DNA from: an uncultured Gammaproteobacteria bacterium
Lineage (GTDB): Bacteria > Patescibacteriota > Patescibacteriia > UBA11705 > JABHMO01
NCBI GenBank assembly: GCA_964590105.1
Contig: CAZPYM010000001.1
Span: forward strand, 431,782-495,781
DNA: 64,000 bases
Reading direction: 5' to 3'
Shown here: in pieces, positions 1 through 9,333 of the stretch
How positions within the stretch are numbered: position 1 is the stretch's first letter
Layout of the letters: each line of letters opens with the position of its first letter
The notes under the pieces: generated by a model
The model's database searches: none
What the model was told of the DNA's origin: nothing
Seen by the model: the letters and a program-made list of their open reading frames with translations, nothing else
Position numbers and translations under genes: made by a program

Positions 1-447
1 ATTCAGGCCGTTGGCATTTAACCCTCGGACAGCTGACTCTCTGCCCATGCCCACGCCGCGCACAAAAACATTTACGTCTTTTAGCCCGAACGGCTTGGCT
101 TTATTTACCGCTTCCCGAACAATCACGCTGGCCGCATATGGAGTAGCCTTTTTCGGTCCTTTGAATCCATTGGCTCCGGCGCTGGAAAAAGCGATTACAT
201 TGCCGGTCTGGTCAGTCAAAGAAACAATCGTATTATTATATGTTGCTTTGATATATGCATTGCCTATCGGCACTGAACGCTGTATTTTCTTTTTGCCTTT
301 TTTAGCTTTTAAGGTTTTCTTTGAGCCTTTTGCCTTTTTTTCAGTTTCAATCGGCGCGTCAGAAGACATCGGATCTTGACCGTTTACTTCAGCTGCTATA
401 TTTTTAGCGGATTCAGCTACTGGCATTGTTGTTTGATCTTCAACCAT
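1..447 (-). CDS. rpsK: 30S ribosomal protein S11 (partial; 3-prime end lies beyond the window start; N-terminal extension or an internal start near 369)
   Basis: Reverse-strand translation of 1-447 gives ...GNAYIKATYNNTIVSLTDQTGNVIAFSSAGANGFKGPKKATPYAASVIVREA...VRGVGMGRESAVRGLNANGLN, matching the S11 core (FNNTIV...GFKG...TPYAA...GPGRES). The frame runs off the window so it is absent from the ORF track. It sits in the expected position downstream of rpsM. Confidence 0.85.
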   Translation of the reverse strand, partial: MVEDQTTMPVAESAKNIAAEVNGQDPMSSDAPIETEKKAKGSKKTLKAKKGKKKIQRSVPIGNAYIKATYNNTIVSLTDQTGNVIAFSSAGANGFKGPKKATPYAASVIVREAVNKAKPFGLKDVNVFVRGVGMGRESAVRGLNANGLN

Positions 448-485
448 ATTTTATTGCAAATAAATTTTATTCAAATTATTAAAAA

Positions 486-875
486 TTATGTTTTTTGCGC
501 AGAGGTCTTTCTGCCGCTGCCCATAGTCCTGCGCACATTGCCGCGTCTTGTCCGGCAATTTGTTTTGGTTCTCTGTCCACGACACGGCAAACTTTTGGCA
601 TGTCGGCTGCCACGATAGCTTCGGATTTCTTTTAACCTTTTAATATTTGCTAAAATTTCCCTCCGGAGAGCGCCTTCTACGCGATTATCCCGCTCAACTT
701 CCAGACGCAGTATGTTTACTTGGTCTTCTGTTAAATCTTTTGTTCTGATGTTCGGATCAATCTTGGTCACCGCCATAATTTTTTCTGCTGTGGTGAGTCC
801 AATGCCAAAAATATATGTCAGGGCAATGACGATTCTTTTTTCATTTGGTAAATTGATTCCCGCTATTCTAGCCAT
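486..875 (-). CDS. rpsM: 30S ribosomal protein S13
   Basis: [26 protein letters not shown]... and the C-terminal [25 protein letters not shown] are S13 hallmarks. Confidence 0.9.
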   Translation of the reverse strand: MARIAGINLPNEKRIVIALTYIFGIGLTTAEKIMAVTKIDPNIRTKDLTEDQVNILRLEVERDNRVEGALRREILANIKRLKEIRSYRGSRHAKSLPCRGQRTKTNCRTRRGNVRRTMGSGRKTSAQKT

Positions 876-905
876 AGTTTTATATTCTTTTATCCTTGTA
901 TTCTT

Positions 906-1019
906 TTATCCTTGCCTTTGTTTGTGCTTTGGATTTTTGCAAATAACCCAAACTCTTCGCTTGCGGCGAATTGTTTTGCAGTCTTTGCAGATCTTTTTTA
1001 CAGAGGATCTTACTTTCAT
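906..1019 (-). CDS. rpmJ: 50S ribosomal protein L36 (37 aa; missed by the ORF track because of its size)
   Basis: Reverse translation gives [37 protein letters not shown], the canonical L36 zinc-ribbon sequence, between infA and rpsM as in the conserved operon. Confidence 0.85.
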   Translation of the reverse strand: MKVRSSVKKICKDCKTIRRKRRVWVICKNPKHKQRQG

Positions 1020-1078
1020 ATTAATTAATAAAGGCAATAAAAAATTATATTCTGAAAACAATTTTTTTGTTTATATAT

Positions 1079-1294
1079 TTAGAAGCGATACACAATGCGT
1101 CCCTTGGTCAAATCGTATGGCGTCATTTCCACCTTTACGTCATCGCCAACCAAAACCCGGATTCTGTTCATGCGCATTTTCCCCGCCAAATGAGCCAGCA
1201 CTGTATGTCCGTTTTCCAGCCTGACGCGAAAAGCCGCTGCCGGTAAAAGTTCTTCAACTGTCCCTCGAATTTCAATGTTGTCTTTTTTACCCAT
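1079..1294 (-). CDS. infA: translation initiation factor IF-1
   Basis: [71 protein letters not shown] is the S1-like IF-1 fold; infA-rpmJ-rpsM-rpsK synteny. Confidence 0.9.
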   Translation of the reverse strand: MGKKDNIEIRGTVEELLPAAAFRVRLENGHTVLAHLAGKMRMNRIRVLVGDDVKVEMTPYDLTKGRIVYRF

Positions 1295-1547
1295 GAAAAA
1301 GTAACTTAATTATAATGTTTTTTAAAAATATGTCAATACAAAAACAGTAAAATCAGCCTTGGCCTTGGCGCAATTTTTGATATTTATTTAATTTTAGCAA
1401 AATAATATCGATATCAACAAGTTTTTCAGGATCAACTTTTCAATTAATTTACTTAAATATACTACACAATATTTTTAATATTGTCAAACTACTTGTTAAC
1501 ATGTTCTGCGCTCTCACGTTCCACGCTACCCGTTCCAGCTCCACGCC

Positions 1548-3362
1548 CTACTTCCTTTTGAACATTTTTTCCAATTCACTGAACTTAAATTCTATGGCAC
1601 ATGGTCGGCCGTGTACACAGGTATAATGGTTGCTTAATTTTTCAAGATCAGCCACTAGCGCCTCCATTCCTTCAATCGATAATTCATCACCAAATTTAAT
1701 GGCGCTCTTACAAGCCATCATTTTAAAAATTTCTTCTACCGGTCCGCTTGGCAAATCATCCACTATCGCCATTTCAGTCAGTTCACCAAGTATCTGCAAA
1801 ATTATCTGCTTAATATCACTATTTACAAAAAACCGCGGTACGGCCGAAACAGCAAAACTATTGCCGCTGAAATTGGCAATTTCAAAACCCAGTCTTTCCA
1901 GCAGTTCCGCATTACTTTCAAATAAACTGATTTCTGTCGGCGCCAGTTCGATTTTTTGAGGCAAAAGCAATTTTTGGCTGGCCAATTTTCCGATCTGCCA
2001 TTCGCGGACAATCTTTTCATATTGGATTCTTTCTGAACTAGCATGTTGATCATATATTTTTATTGCTTCTTCTGTTTGCGCCACAATATAGGAATTCTGA
2101 ACCTGCCCTAAAATTTTGTATTCATCAACAAAAACTGGTTCATCGTTTTTAATCTCCGCAAAAACTTCTGGTCTCACTTCATCCGCCGTATGAACCATTC
2201 TCTGATTAAAATTATCAATTGCCTTTCGGAAATCCGTTGACATTATTTTGGGTTGAGAAAAATCCGAATTTGTATTTGGCCGATTAAATTTTTTGATTGG
2301 AATTTGTTCTTGTTTTTTTTCCAAAACATGCCCTATCGGCACAAACCCTTTAACTTCTTTGGCGCTAACCTGACGCTCGAGCTCATTTTCATCCAGAACA
2401 CCGGCGATAATTTGATAAATTGCCCGATAAATTATCTGCGGTTCTGAAAAACGCACTTCCATTTTTCGCGGATGCACATTGACATCAACGCTTATCGGAT
2501 CAATTATTAAATCAAAAATATAAACCGGATGTAAATCTCGCGCCAATAATGTGCCGAAAGCGGATTTAACTTGTTTGGAAATAATATACTCATTAACCGG
2601 CCTCTTATTAATAAACAAATACTGCAACTTGCGATTATTACGGCCGATAGCCGGCAAGCCAATATAACCTTTGACCTGGATCCCCTCGCGCTTCAAATCC
2701 ACCGGCAATAAATTGGCAGCAATATCATCGCCCAGGCAATCAGCAATCCGCGATGACAAGCCCGCCGCCGGAAACTGATAAACTGTTTTAGCGTTATGAA
2801 TCAACTTCCATGAGATTTCCGGATAAGCCAGACAATAATTCAAAAAAAGATCCACGATATGATTAAATTCAGTGACCGCGGTTTTTAAATATTTTTTTCT
2901 GGCCGGAATATTATAAAACAAATTTTTCACCTCCACGCTCGTGCCGTCCGCCGCGCCAATGTCTGCGACCGCCACTTGTCCGTTTTCCATTCTGAGGCTA
3001 GTACCGATGATTGATTCCTTGTTTTTCGTGACTAAACAAAATTCGCTGACTGCGGAAATACTGGACAGCGCTTCTCCGCGAAAACCCAGAGTTTTTATTT
3101 GATATAAATCTTCCGAAGAAGAAATTTTACTTGTTGAATGCTCGACCAGGCAGAGATTGGCGTCTTCCCGATCCATACCACAACCGTCGTCCGTCACTTT
3201 GATCAGATTTATTCCGCCGTTTTCCAATTCAACAATAATATTTTCCGCGCCGGCATCAAGCGCGTTTTCAACCAATTCTTTCATCACGGAAGCCGGCCGC
3301 TCCACCACTTCACCTGCCGCGATTTGATTGATTAATTCTTTTGGCAAAATTTTTATTGGCAT
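1548..3362 (-). CDS. mutL: DNA mismatch repair protein MutL
   Basis: N-terminal GHKL ATPase motifs (IAAGEVVERPASVMKELVENALDAGA, DDGCGM), MutL length and C-terminal dimerisation region. Confidence 0.9.
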   Translation of the reverse strand: MPIKILPKELINQIAAGEVVERPASVMKELVENALDAGAENIIVELENGGINLIKVTDDGCGMDREDANLCLVEHSTSKISSSEDLYQIKTLGFRGEALSSISAVSEFCLVTKNKESIIGTSLRMENGQVAVADIGAADGTSVEVKNLFYNIPARKKYLKTAVTEFNHIVDLFLNYCLAYPEISWKLIHNAKTVYQFPAAGLSSRIADCLGDDIAANLLPVDLKREGIQVKGYIGLPAIGRNNRKLQYLFINKRPVNEYIISKQVKSAFGTLLARDLHPVYIFDLIIDPISVDVNVHPRKMEVRFSEPQIIYRAIYQIIAGVLDENELERQVSAKEVKGFVPIGHVLEKKQEQIPIKKFNRPNTNSDFSQPKIMSTDFRKAIDNFNQRMVHTADEVRPEVFAEIKNDEPVFVDEYKILGQVQNSYIVAQTEEAIKIYDQHASSERIQYEKIVREWQIGKLASQKLLLPQKIELAPTEISLFESNAELLERLGFEIANFSGNSFAVSAVPRFFVNSDIKQIILQILGELTEMAIVDDLPSGPVEEIFKMMACKSAIKFGDELSIEGMEALVADLEKLSNHYTCVHGRPCAIEFKFSELEKMFKRK

Positions 3363-3372
3363 AAATATAGGT

Positions 3373-3427
3373 AGGGACAGTAGGGGCAGAATTATATTCT
3401 GCCCCTACTGTCCCTGCCCCTACTGTC
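3373..3427. repeat. perfect 20-bp inverted repeat (AGGGACAGTAGGGGCAGAAT / ATTCTGCCCCTACTGTCCCT, 3-nt loop) plus a third direct half-copy GCCCCTACTGTC, immediately 5-prime of the mutL start
   Basis: Read directly: 3373-3392 is the exact reverse complement of 3396-3415; the loop TAT and flanking bases spell TATAAT on the minus strand; 3416-3427 repeats 3401-3412. Confidence 0.8.
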
Positions 3428-3454
3428 ACTACCTTATCATATCTAAAAATTTTT

Positions 3455-3486
3455 GCAAAAAAAGGCGCCGTTACGTGTAACGACGC
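3455..3486 (-). terminator. rho-independent terminator downstream of the GC-rich 470-aa gene
   Basis: On the minus strand GCGTCGTTAC-ACG-GTAACGGCGC hairpin followed by CTTTTTTTGC (A-tract 3455-3463 on plus). Confidence 0.55.
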
Positions 3487-3538
3487 TCTTATTTATCGCC
3501 CCCCTAAGGGACTAATTTACTGTGCCTGTCTCACAGCC

Positions 3539-4951
3539 TCACAGCTTGATAATCCTGACTCCGAGGCCGGACAAACCTTCTTTCAACGAACTGAACAGCA
3601 TGGAAGCAAGCTCCCCGCCGGCCTGATTCGCCTTCGCGACTTCGTACACCGGCTTGTAGGCAGGATTCATGGCGGCCAGTTGCTCCAGCCTTTCAAAAAT
3701 CCGGTCAAAGACTGACGACAGGCGCTCCGTAAAGGCGTACTTGGCCGCCTCCTCGGCGAGAGCTGGACTCTCTTCCACCAGGGCAAGAATGCCTGCCGTG
3801 GAACAGTCGTCCGAAGTGAAGTATTCCTTCACCCGCGTCTCAATCGCCCGCGCTTCTTCGATCTTGGCGCGCTCCGCCTCGAACCGCGCCTGCAGATCAG
3901 TGAAGTACCCCCGATCGTCGCCCGCGCCGGCCAGCGCCGAAAGCTGTGCCCTCATCTGCGGCAACATTTCATCCTGCACCGCGAACGTGGCTACCGCCTT
4001 GCGGGGAAATGCCATGAGCGCATCCATGTCTCCGGTTGCCCAGGACGGCGGATTCACCGCCCGGAGCATTTCCATTTGCACCCGGACAATCTGCGCCTTG
4101 GTCTCATCCGAAAAGTCTGCGAGATCGCCCTCATAGTCGCCGCTCTCCATGGTCAGGTCCAGCTGATTCAGCGCAATGGCCTGGCGCAGAAAGCCAAGCA
4201 CCATGGCAAAGAAAAACTGATCCTGTTCCGCGCTCCGACCGATCGATTCGATTGTCTCCGCGAGCGAATGCAGGAGGCTGGGCATCCGATTGTTCACCAC
4301 CATTGCCAAACCGACGGCAGTGTCCGTATCCCGTGTTTCATTCATAAAATCGGCAATGAGATCAACAGCTTCCATCCTGATTTCGTCAGGACAGCAGCTG
4401 AAATCTCCATTTGCCTTGATCAACGCGTTGAAGCTTTCCTTGAAACCGGCTCGGCGTTCTACGAACGCCAAATACTTCAACGCTTCAGCGCTGCGCTCCG
4501 CGGACGGGCCGAGAGTACCGAGCGCCTTTTCCAAATCTGATCTGACCTGCGGCACAATACCGCTCAATTTCTCGAACACCGACTCCAGGATTACCTGTCC
4601 CAGGCACCTGTTGTGAATGAGCGGAACAACCATTGCGGCCACTCTTTGCTTGAGTTCTTCCGGCGCTGACACGAAATCGCCGTTCGCTTCACACAGATCC
4701 GCGAATTCGACGTACTGTTCCACGAACGCCGCAAGCTCGATCAGCCGATCGCGATTTTCTGCGCCGGCTTCAGCCGGTTTCCGCATTTCATCCAGCATAA
4801 ACGGCAGCAGGCCTTCGTCATGCTGACCCATCATTGCAGTGAAAATGCCTTCCCCATTGGCCAAATCATTTTGCAACTTTTCCATTTTCATTGCCAAGCA
4901 CTTTTTCAAGGCATGACAATCACGACACCTCGAATCTTCTTTCCTGATCAT
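3539..4951 (-). CDS. hypothetical protein, 470 aa, alpha-helical with internal repeats (ANGDF...PEEL / ANGDF...PDEI); GC-rich foreign-looking cassette between mutL and mutS
   Basis: Long ORF, about 57-60% GC against about 43% flanks; many spurious overlapping plus-strand ORFs, typical of GC-rich coding; perfect SD AAGGAGG 5 nt upstream of ATG (plus 4957-4963); no recognisable domain. Confidence 0.7.
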   Translation of the reverse strand: MIRKEDSRCRDCHALKKCLAMKMEKLQNDLANGEGIFTAMMGQHDEGLLPFMLDEMRKPAEAGAENRDRLIELAAFVEQYVEFADLCEANGDFVSAPEELKQRVAAMVVPLIHNRCLGQVILESVFEKLSGIVPQVRSDLEKALGTLGPSAERSAEALKYLAFVERRAGFKESFNALIKANGDFSCCPDEIRMEAVDLIADFMNETRDTDTAVGLAMVVNNRMPSLLHSLAETIESIGRSAEQDQFFFAMVLGFLRQAIALNQLDLTMESGDYEGDLADFSDETKAQIVRVQMEMLRAVNPPSWATGDMDALMAFPRKAVATFAVQDEMLPQMRAQLSALAGAGDDRGYFTDLQARFEAERAKIEEARAIETRVKEYFTSDDCSTAGILALVEESPALAEEAAKYAFTERLSSVFDRIFERLEQLAAMNPAYKPVYEVAKANQAGGELASMLFSSLKEGLSGLGVRIIKL

Positions 4952-5011
4952 GCGCGCCTCCTTGTTGTTGTTGCGCCAATCGACAAAACTGAAAAGAACA
5001 CTAGAAATAAG

Positions 5012-5040
5012 ATAGTATTATATTTTTAAATTTTTGTCAA
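5012..5040 (-). promoter_or_regulatory. candidate sigma70 promoter of the 470-aa gene (TTGACA-17-TACTAT on minus strand)
   Basis: Minus strand reads TTGACA (plus 5035-5040), a 17-nt spacer, then TACTAT (5012-5017), about 55 nt upstream of the SD/ATG. Confidence 0.45.
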
Positions 5041-5075
5041 GTCCAAACGTTTCAGTAATTATACGCAAAATTTAA

Positions 5076-7643
5076 TTACAACTCCACTAATTCATCCTTC
5101 AATTCCGCGATCTTCTGCAAAGCCTGGAGCGGCGTGAGTTCATCAACCTTCAAATTTGCCAATTCGCTCGAAACTTTCTTTTCTTTTGGCGTTGCTTGGA
5201 GCGCCAGACGGGTCTGCTCTGCTCTTTTTGTTAATTTAATTTCAGTCCGATTTTCAAGTCCGGCGAGGATTTCATTGGCGCGCGAAGTTAATTCCTCCGG
5301 CAGGCCGGCGATTTTTGCCACTTCAATTCCATAGCTCTCTGAAGTAGCGCCTTTAACAATTTTGTGAAGAAATACCACGCGCCCCTTGTCTTCGCTCACT
5401 GCCACGCAATAGTTTTCAGCCCGCTCAAGATTTTCCGCCACTGACGTCAATTCATGGTAATGAGTGGCAAATAAGGTTTTGGCGCGAAGATTATTGTGAA
5501 TATGCTCCATCATTGCCCAGGCAATGGAAACACCGTCGTAAGTGGAAGTGCCGCGTCCGGGCTCATCCAAAATTATAAGCGAATTTTTACTGGCATTATT
5601 TAAAATATTGGCCGCTTCCTGCATTTCCGCCATAAAAGTGGAAACGCCCTGCGTCAGATTGTCTGAAGCGCCGACCCGGGTAAAAATCCTGTCAACAACG
5701 CCGATTTCCGCGGCTTCAGCCGACACAAAACTACCGGTTTGCGCCATAAGAACGATCAACGCTGTCTGGCGCAAAAAACTTGATTTACCACTCATGTTCG
5801 GACCGGTCAGCAAAATAAATTCATTCTTGTCGTGATCCAAAACCAAATCATTTGGCACATATCTTTCTCTTTGAAATTTTTCTATCACCGGATGTCGACC
5901 GCTAGAAATTTTTATTTTTCCTGAATTATTCACAACAGGACGGCAAAAATTATTTTCACTTGCCAAGACCGCCAGGCCAAGAAAAATATCTAGGCGAGCA
6001 ATCAGATCAGTGGTTTTTTGCAAGGACGCAAAATACTTAACAATCTTTTCAACTGTTTCAAGAAAAATCTGGCGTTCAATATTACAAATTTTTTCTTCCG
6101 CGCCAAGTATTTTTTCTTCGTATTCTTTTAATTCAGGAGTAATGAATCGTTCGGCATTAACCAATGTTTGTTTGCGAATATAATCATCAGGCGCTTGATT
6201 CAGATTGGCATTGCTGATTTCAATATAATAGCCAAACACCCGATTAAACTTCACTTTCAAAGACGAAATACCGGTTCGCTCCACTTCCCTGGCCTGCATT
6301 TGCAAAAGCCAGTCTTTGCCGCCGCGGGAAATTTTCCGGAGTTCATCAAGCTCTTCATTATAATTATCCTTAATCATACCGCCCTCGACAATCAAGGCCG
6401 GTGGCTCCTCAACAAAAACTTCATCCAGCAATTGAACCAATTCTTCGTGATTGTCCAGTTCAGATTGAGTTTGAATCAACAGCGCTGATTTTTTTTGTTC
6501 AAGCAATCTTTTTATCTCAGGAACAATAGTTAAACTTTTTTTCAAACCCAAACAGTCGCGCGCGTTTCCGCGTCCACAGCCAAGCCGCGCCATGAGGCGC
6601 TCCAAATCAGCCATTAACTTTAGTTTTTCAATTAAACTTTTTATTAAAATTAAATCTTGTTTAATTTCTCCGACCGCTTCGAGCCGCTTTTCAATATACT
6701 CCGGATTTAATAACGGATAAAATAGCCAGCGCCTGAACATCCGGCCACCCATACTGGTCGTTGTTTTGTCAATTACGGACAATAAAGAACCCTGGAATTC
6801 ACCGGAAAAGTTCGCCCGGAATAATTCCAAATTTCTGATTGTCGCCTCGTCCAAAACCATTCGATCGGAAAAATTGTAGCGGCTAATCTTGGTAATATGC
6901 GCCAATTCTGATTTTTGATTGTCTTTTAAATATGCAAGTAACCGACCGGCGGCGCAGATTGCCTGTTCCATGTTTTCCAGTCCAAATGACTGCAGATTTT
7001 TCATTTTAAAATGCCGCGTCAGAATATTGTACGGTTTTTCAAAAACTGAAAGATCAAAAACATTAACATGACTTTGCTCCGCCACAAAATCGCGGCAACG
7101 GGTGTCATTGGCCAAACTTTTATTAATAATTACTTCAGTGGCTCTGATTCGGAACAATTCATTTTTTAAAACATTTAAATCACTGATTTCAGCCGCTAAA
7201 AACTCACCGGTTGTCAGATCAGCCACCGCCAGCCCCCAGATATTTTTTTCAAGCGTCAAGCTGGCAATATAATTATTTGAATTGTTTTGCAAAGTTGAAT
7301 TCACGAGCGTTGTACCTGGCGTAACAACCTGAGTTACTTCACGTTTCACAATTCCGGGCAATGAAGGATCGCTCACCTGGTCGCAGATCGCCACTCTTTT
7401 TCCGGCTTTTAATAATTTAGCCAGATAACTTTCGAGAGCATGATGCGGCACGCCGCACATGGGCGTTTCATTCGCCGCCCCCTTGTGTCTCGCTGTCAAG
7501 ACAATATCCAAAATACCTGAAGCCTGCCGGGCATCCTCTCCAAAAAGTTCGTAAAAATCGCCCAAACGAAAAAACAACAACTCATTAGGATGCTTTTCTT
7601 TTATTTCCCGATATTGTTTCAACATTGGAGTTAGTTCGCTCAT
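5076..7643 (-). CDS. mutS: DNA mismatch repair protein MutS
   Basis: MSELTPMLKQYREIKEKHPNELLFFRLGDFYELFGEDA mismatch-binding N-terminus; Walker A GPNMSGKSSFLRQ; DEPGRGTSTYDG; 855 aa. Confidence 0.92.
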   Translation of the reverse strand: MSELTPMLKQYREIKEKHPNELLFFRLGDFYELFGEDARQASGILDIVLTARHKGAANETPMCGVPHHALESYLAKLLKAGKRVAICDQVSDPSLPGIVKREVTQVVTPGTTLVNSTLQNNSNNYIASLTLEKNIWGLAVADLTTGEFLAAEISDLNVLKNELFRIRATEVIINKSLANDTRCRDFVAEQSHVNVFDLSVFEKPYNILTRHFKMKNLQSFGLENMEQAICAAGRLLAYLKDNQKSELAHITKISRYNFSDRMVLDEATIRNLELFRANFSGEFQGSLLSVIDKTTTSMGGRMFRRWLFYPLLNPEYIEKRLEAVGEIKQDLILIKSLIEKLKLMADLERLMARLGCGRGNARDCLGLKKSLTIVPEIKRLLEQKKSALLIQTQSELDNHEELVQLLDEVFVEEPPALIVEGGMIKDNYNEELDELRKISRGGKDWLLQMQAREVERTGISSLKVKFNRVFGYYIEISNANLNQAPDDYIRKQTLVNAERFITPELKEYEEKILGAEEKICNIERQIFLETVEKIVKYFASLQKTTDLIARLDIFLGLAVLASENNFCRPVVNNSGKIKISSGRHPVIEKFQRERYVPNDLVLDHDKNEFILLTGPNMSGKSSFLRQTALIVLMAQTGSFVSAEAAEIGVVDRIFTRVGASDNLTQGVSTFMAEMQEAANILNNASKNSLIILDEPGRGTSTYDGVSIAWAMMEHIHNNLRAKTLFATHYHELTSVAENLERAENYCVAVSEDKGRVVFLHKIVKGATSESYGIEVAKIAGLPEELTSRANEILAGLENRTEIKLTKRAEQTRLALQATPKEKKVSSELANLKVDELTPLQALQKIAELKDELVEL

Positions 7644-7889
7644 ATTTGAACACCTTATTGACCGCTGTTATCTTATCAAATAATTTTTTTTTCAGCAATA
7701 TTACTTTGCCAAGCTGACGGCGGAGACACAAGAACTTCCTAACTCCCATGATATGTATCATGAGAGCGCAAAAAATCATTCCAAAAAAAATACCCTCTGC
7801 CAAACTTTATAACAGACGGTAATTTTTCCCGCCATAAAATATTTCACGCTATTTTCGACAAGCTGACTTTAACCGCAAAACCATTTGGC

Positions 7890-8219
7890 CTACTTTTGAT
7901 CGCTAACATCTGCCTGTTCCTTTTTTAATTCTTCCGCCCACTGTTCTTCTTTTTCTCCCTGATTTTTTGGTTCAGCTTTTTTAGCATTTTCTATTTCTTC
8001 CTTTTTAACTTCAGCGCCGGACTCGCCAGCTTCATACAAATCTTTCGGTTCCAGCTTTTTTTCTAAATCTTTTTTCTGGCTATCCTCCATTTCAGCCATG
8101 GCTTCGCATTTATTGCAGTAATCAGGATATTTCAACGATTGCTTGACTCCGGCCAGCGCTGAAACTTTGGCAAACAAACCTTCAATTGGCGCTTTGCAGT
8201 ATTTACATTTTTTTGTCAT
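7890..8219 (-). CDS. hypothetical small protein with N-terminal CxxC...CxxC zinc ribbon and a K/E-rich tail
   Basis: MTKKCKYCKAPIEG...YCNKCEAM, four Cys in ribbon spacing, then a low-complexity charged tail. Confidence 0.5.
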   Translation of the reverse strand: MTKKCKYCKAPIEGLFAKVSALAGVKQSLKYPDYCNKCEAMAEMEDSQKKDLEKKLEPKDLYEAGESGAEVKKEEIENAKKAEPKNQGEKEEQWAEELKKEQADVSDQK

Positions 8220-8328
8220 AAAATTTATACTAATAATTATATAGGCGGATAATGCGAATATTATTACTCCTTTGTAACCATCTCATTGACTTCCATAATT
8301 TTTATTCTCTATCCTAACGAGCAATATG

Positions 8329-8583
8329 TTAATTTTCTTCAACTTGTTTATTGTGTCTTTGTAACTCTTTAATCCTGGCTTTTAAATTCTCTGCTTCTTG
8401 TTCAAGGTTTTGAAGTATAACTTTGCATGAACGAATTTTTTCCTTTAATTCCCTTTTTGGCTCCGGATCTTTTTTCTGGTCCAACGGCTCTTCAAGCTCT
8501 TTTAAATTTTCTCTTTTTTGTTTTATCACTTGTTCTATTATACTCAATTCCTCTTCCAATGCTCTAAGCTGACTTTCAATCAT
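8329..8583 (-). CDS. hypothetical coiled-coil protein (84 aa)
   Basis: Heptad-like E/K/L-rich sequence; no recognised family. Confidence 0.45.
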   Translation of the reverse strand: MIESQLRALEEELSIIEQVIKQKRENLKELEEPLDQKKDPEPKRELKEKIRSCKVILQNLEQEAENLKARIKELQRHNKQVEEN

Positions 8584-8647
8584 TTCAATTGAGTCGTGAC
8601 GTGGCGGTAATTAAAATCTCCGTATATTTTTATTTAAGATTAATAAT

Positions 8648-9298
8648 TTATTTAGCTTTTCCTTGCAAAAATTTATCTCTAAGTTTTATCACACAATCTC
8701 TTAATCCATAATTAGAAGTTAAAAACCTGGGATCAGATTCACCCTGCACAACTTTTATTATTACCGGTTTTAAATAATCCTGCACCTCTAATTCTCTTCC
8801 TTGAGAATCATATAATTTATTTTCATACAAATCTAAAGAGCTGAAAAGATCTTCAACTGTTTTAGAATGAGCGATATTATATTGTAATTTAGTTCTTTCT
8901 ATAATTAAGGATACTTCAGTAAAATTAGGTATATTATGTCCACTAAGATAAATATCTGTTATTAAAGCCGATATATCCACTAATTGACCTTTCTCATCTT
9001 TATTAAAAATTTTTCCAATTCTTATTGTGCCTTTATTATATTTTTTTACCTCTGGCGATAGATTTTGGATATTACCCATTTCCACAATAACACCTCTATT
9101 ATCATAATAAAAATTTACTCCGGCGCAACTAAACTTTCTACCATTAACATCTCGACAGCCAGCATTCCCTCCAACAGATTTTTGGCTTAATACTTGTCGC
9201 ATTCTTTTGCCAATAAATTCCAAATTGGCGGAGACTAACATGTCTCTATCATTTTCTAAAGCTTCTGACGAACTTAGGACTTCTCTATTTGCATTCAT
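8648..9298 (-). CDS. hypothetical protein (216 aa)
   Basis: ORF of host-like composition in tandem with the two small genes above; no motif recognised. Confidence 0.5.
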   Translation of the reverse strand: MNANREVLSSSEALENDRDMLVSANLEFIGKRMRQVLSQKSVGGNAGCRDVNGRKFSCAGVNFYYDNRGVIVEMGNIQNLSPEVKKYNKGTIRIGKIFNKDEKGQLVDISALITDIYLSGHNIPNFTEVSLIIERTKLQYNIAHSKTVEDLFSSLDLYENKLYDSQGRELEVQDYLKPVIIKVVQGESDPRFLTSNYGLRDCVIKLRDKFLQGKAK

Positions 9299-9333
9299 AT
9301 TGTTAGACTGCTAAATAAATTGTTTTATAAAAA

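Noticed and set aside
11-379. Plus-strand ORF of 122 aa at the window start
   Set aside because: It is antisense to a clear S11 (rpsK) reading frame on the minus strand; the translation is low-complexity with no protein-like features.
1295-1547. Searched the 250-bp spacer between infA and mutL (and other spacers over 200 bp at 7644-7889, 23365-23663, 45046-45280, 49820-50041) for tRNA, tmRNA or RNase P-like structure
   Set aside because: No cloverleaf-compatible GTTC...GAAC / acceptor-stem pattern or conserved ncRNA motifs were seen; the sequence is AT-rich promoter or spacer DNA.
3669-5029. Cluster of overlapping plus-strand ORFs (3669-4136, 4036-4347, 4076-4540, 4290-4616, 4617-4826, 4820-5029)
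   Set aside because: All lie antisense within the GC-rich 470-aa gene. Long spurious ORFs are expected in high-GC coding DNA, they mutually overlap in different frames, and their products are Ala/Arg/Ser-rich.
7585-7803. 72-aa minus-strand ORF overlapping the mutS start
   Set aside because: It overlaps the mutS N-terminus in another frame, with no signals; likely spurious.
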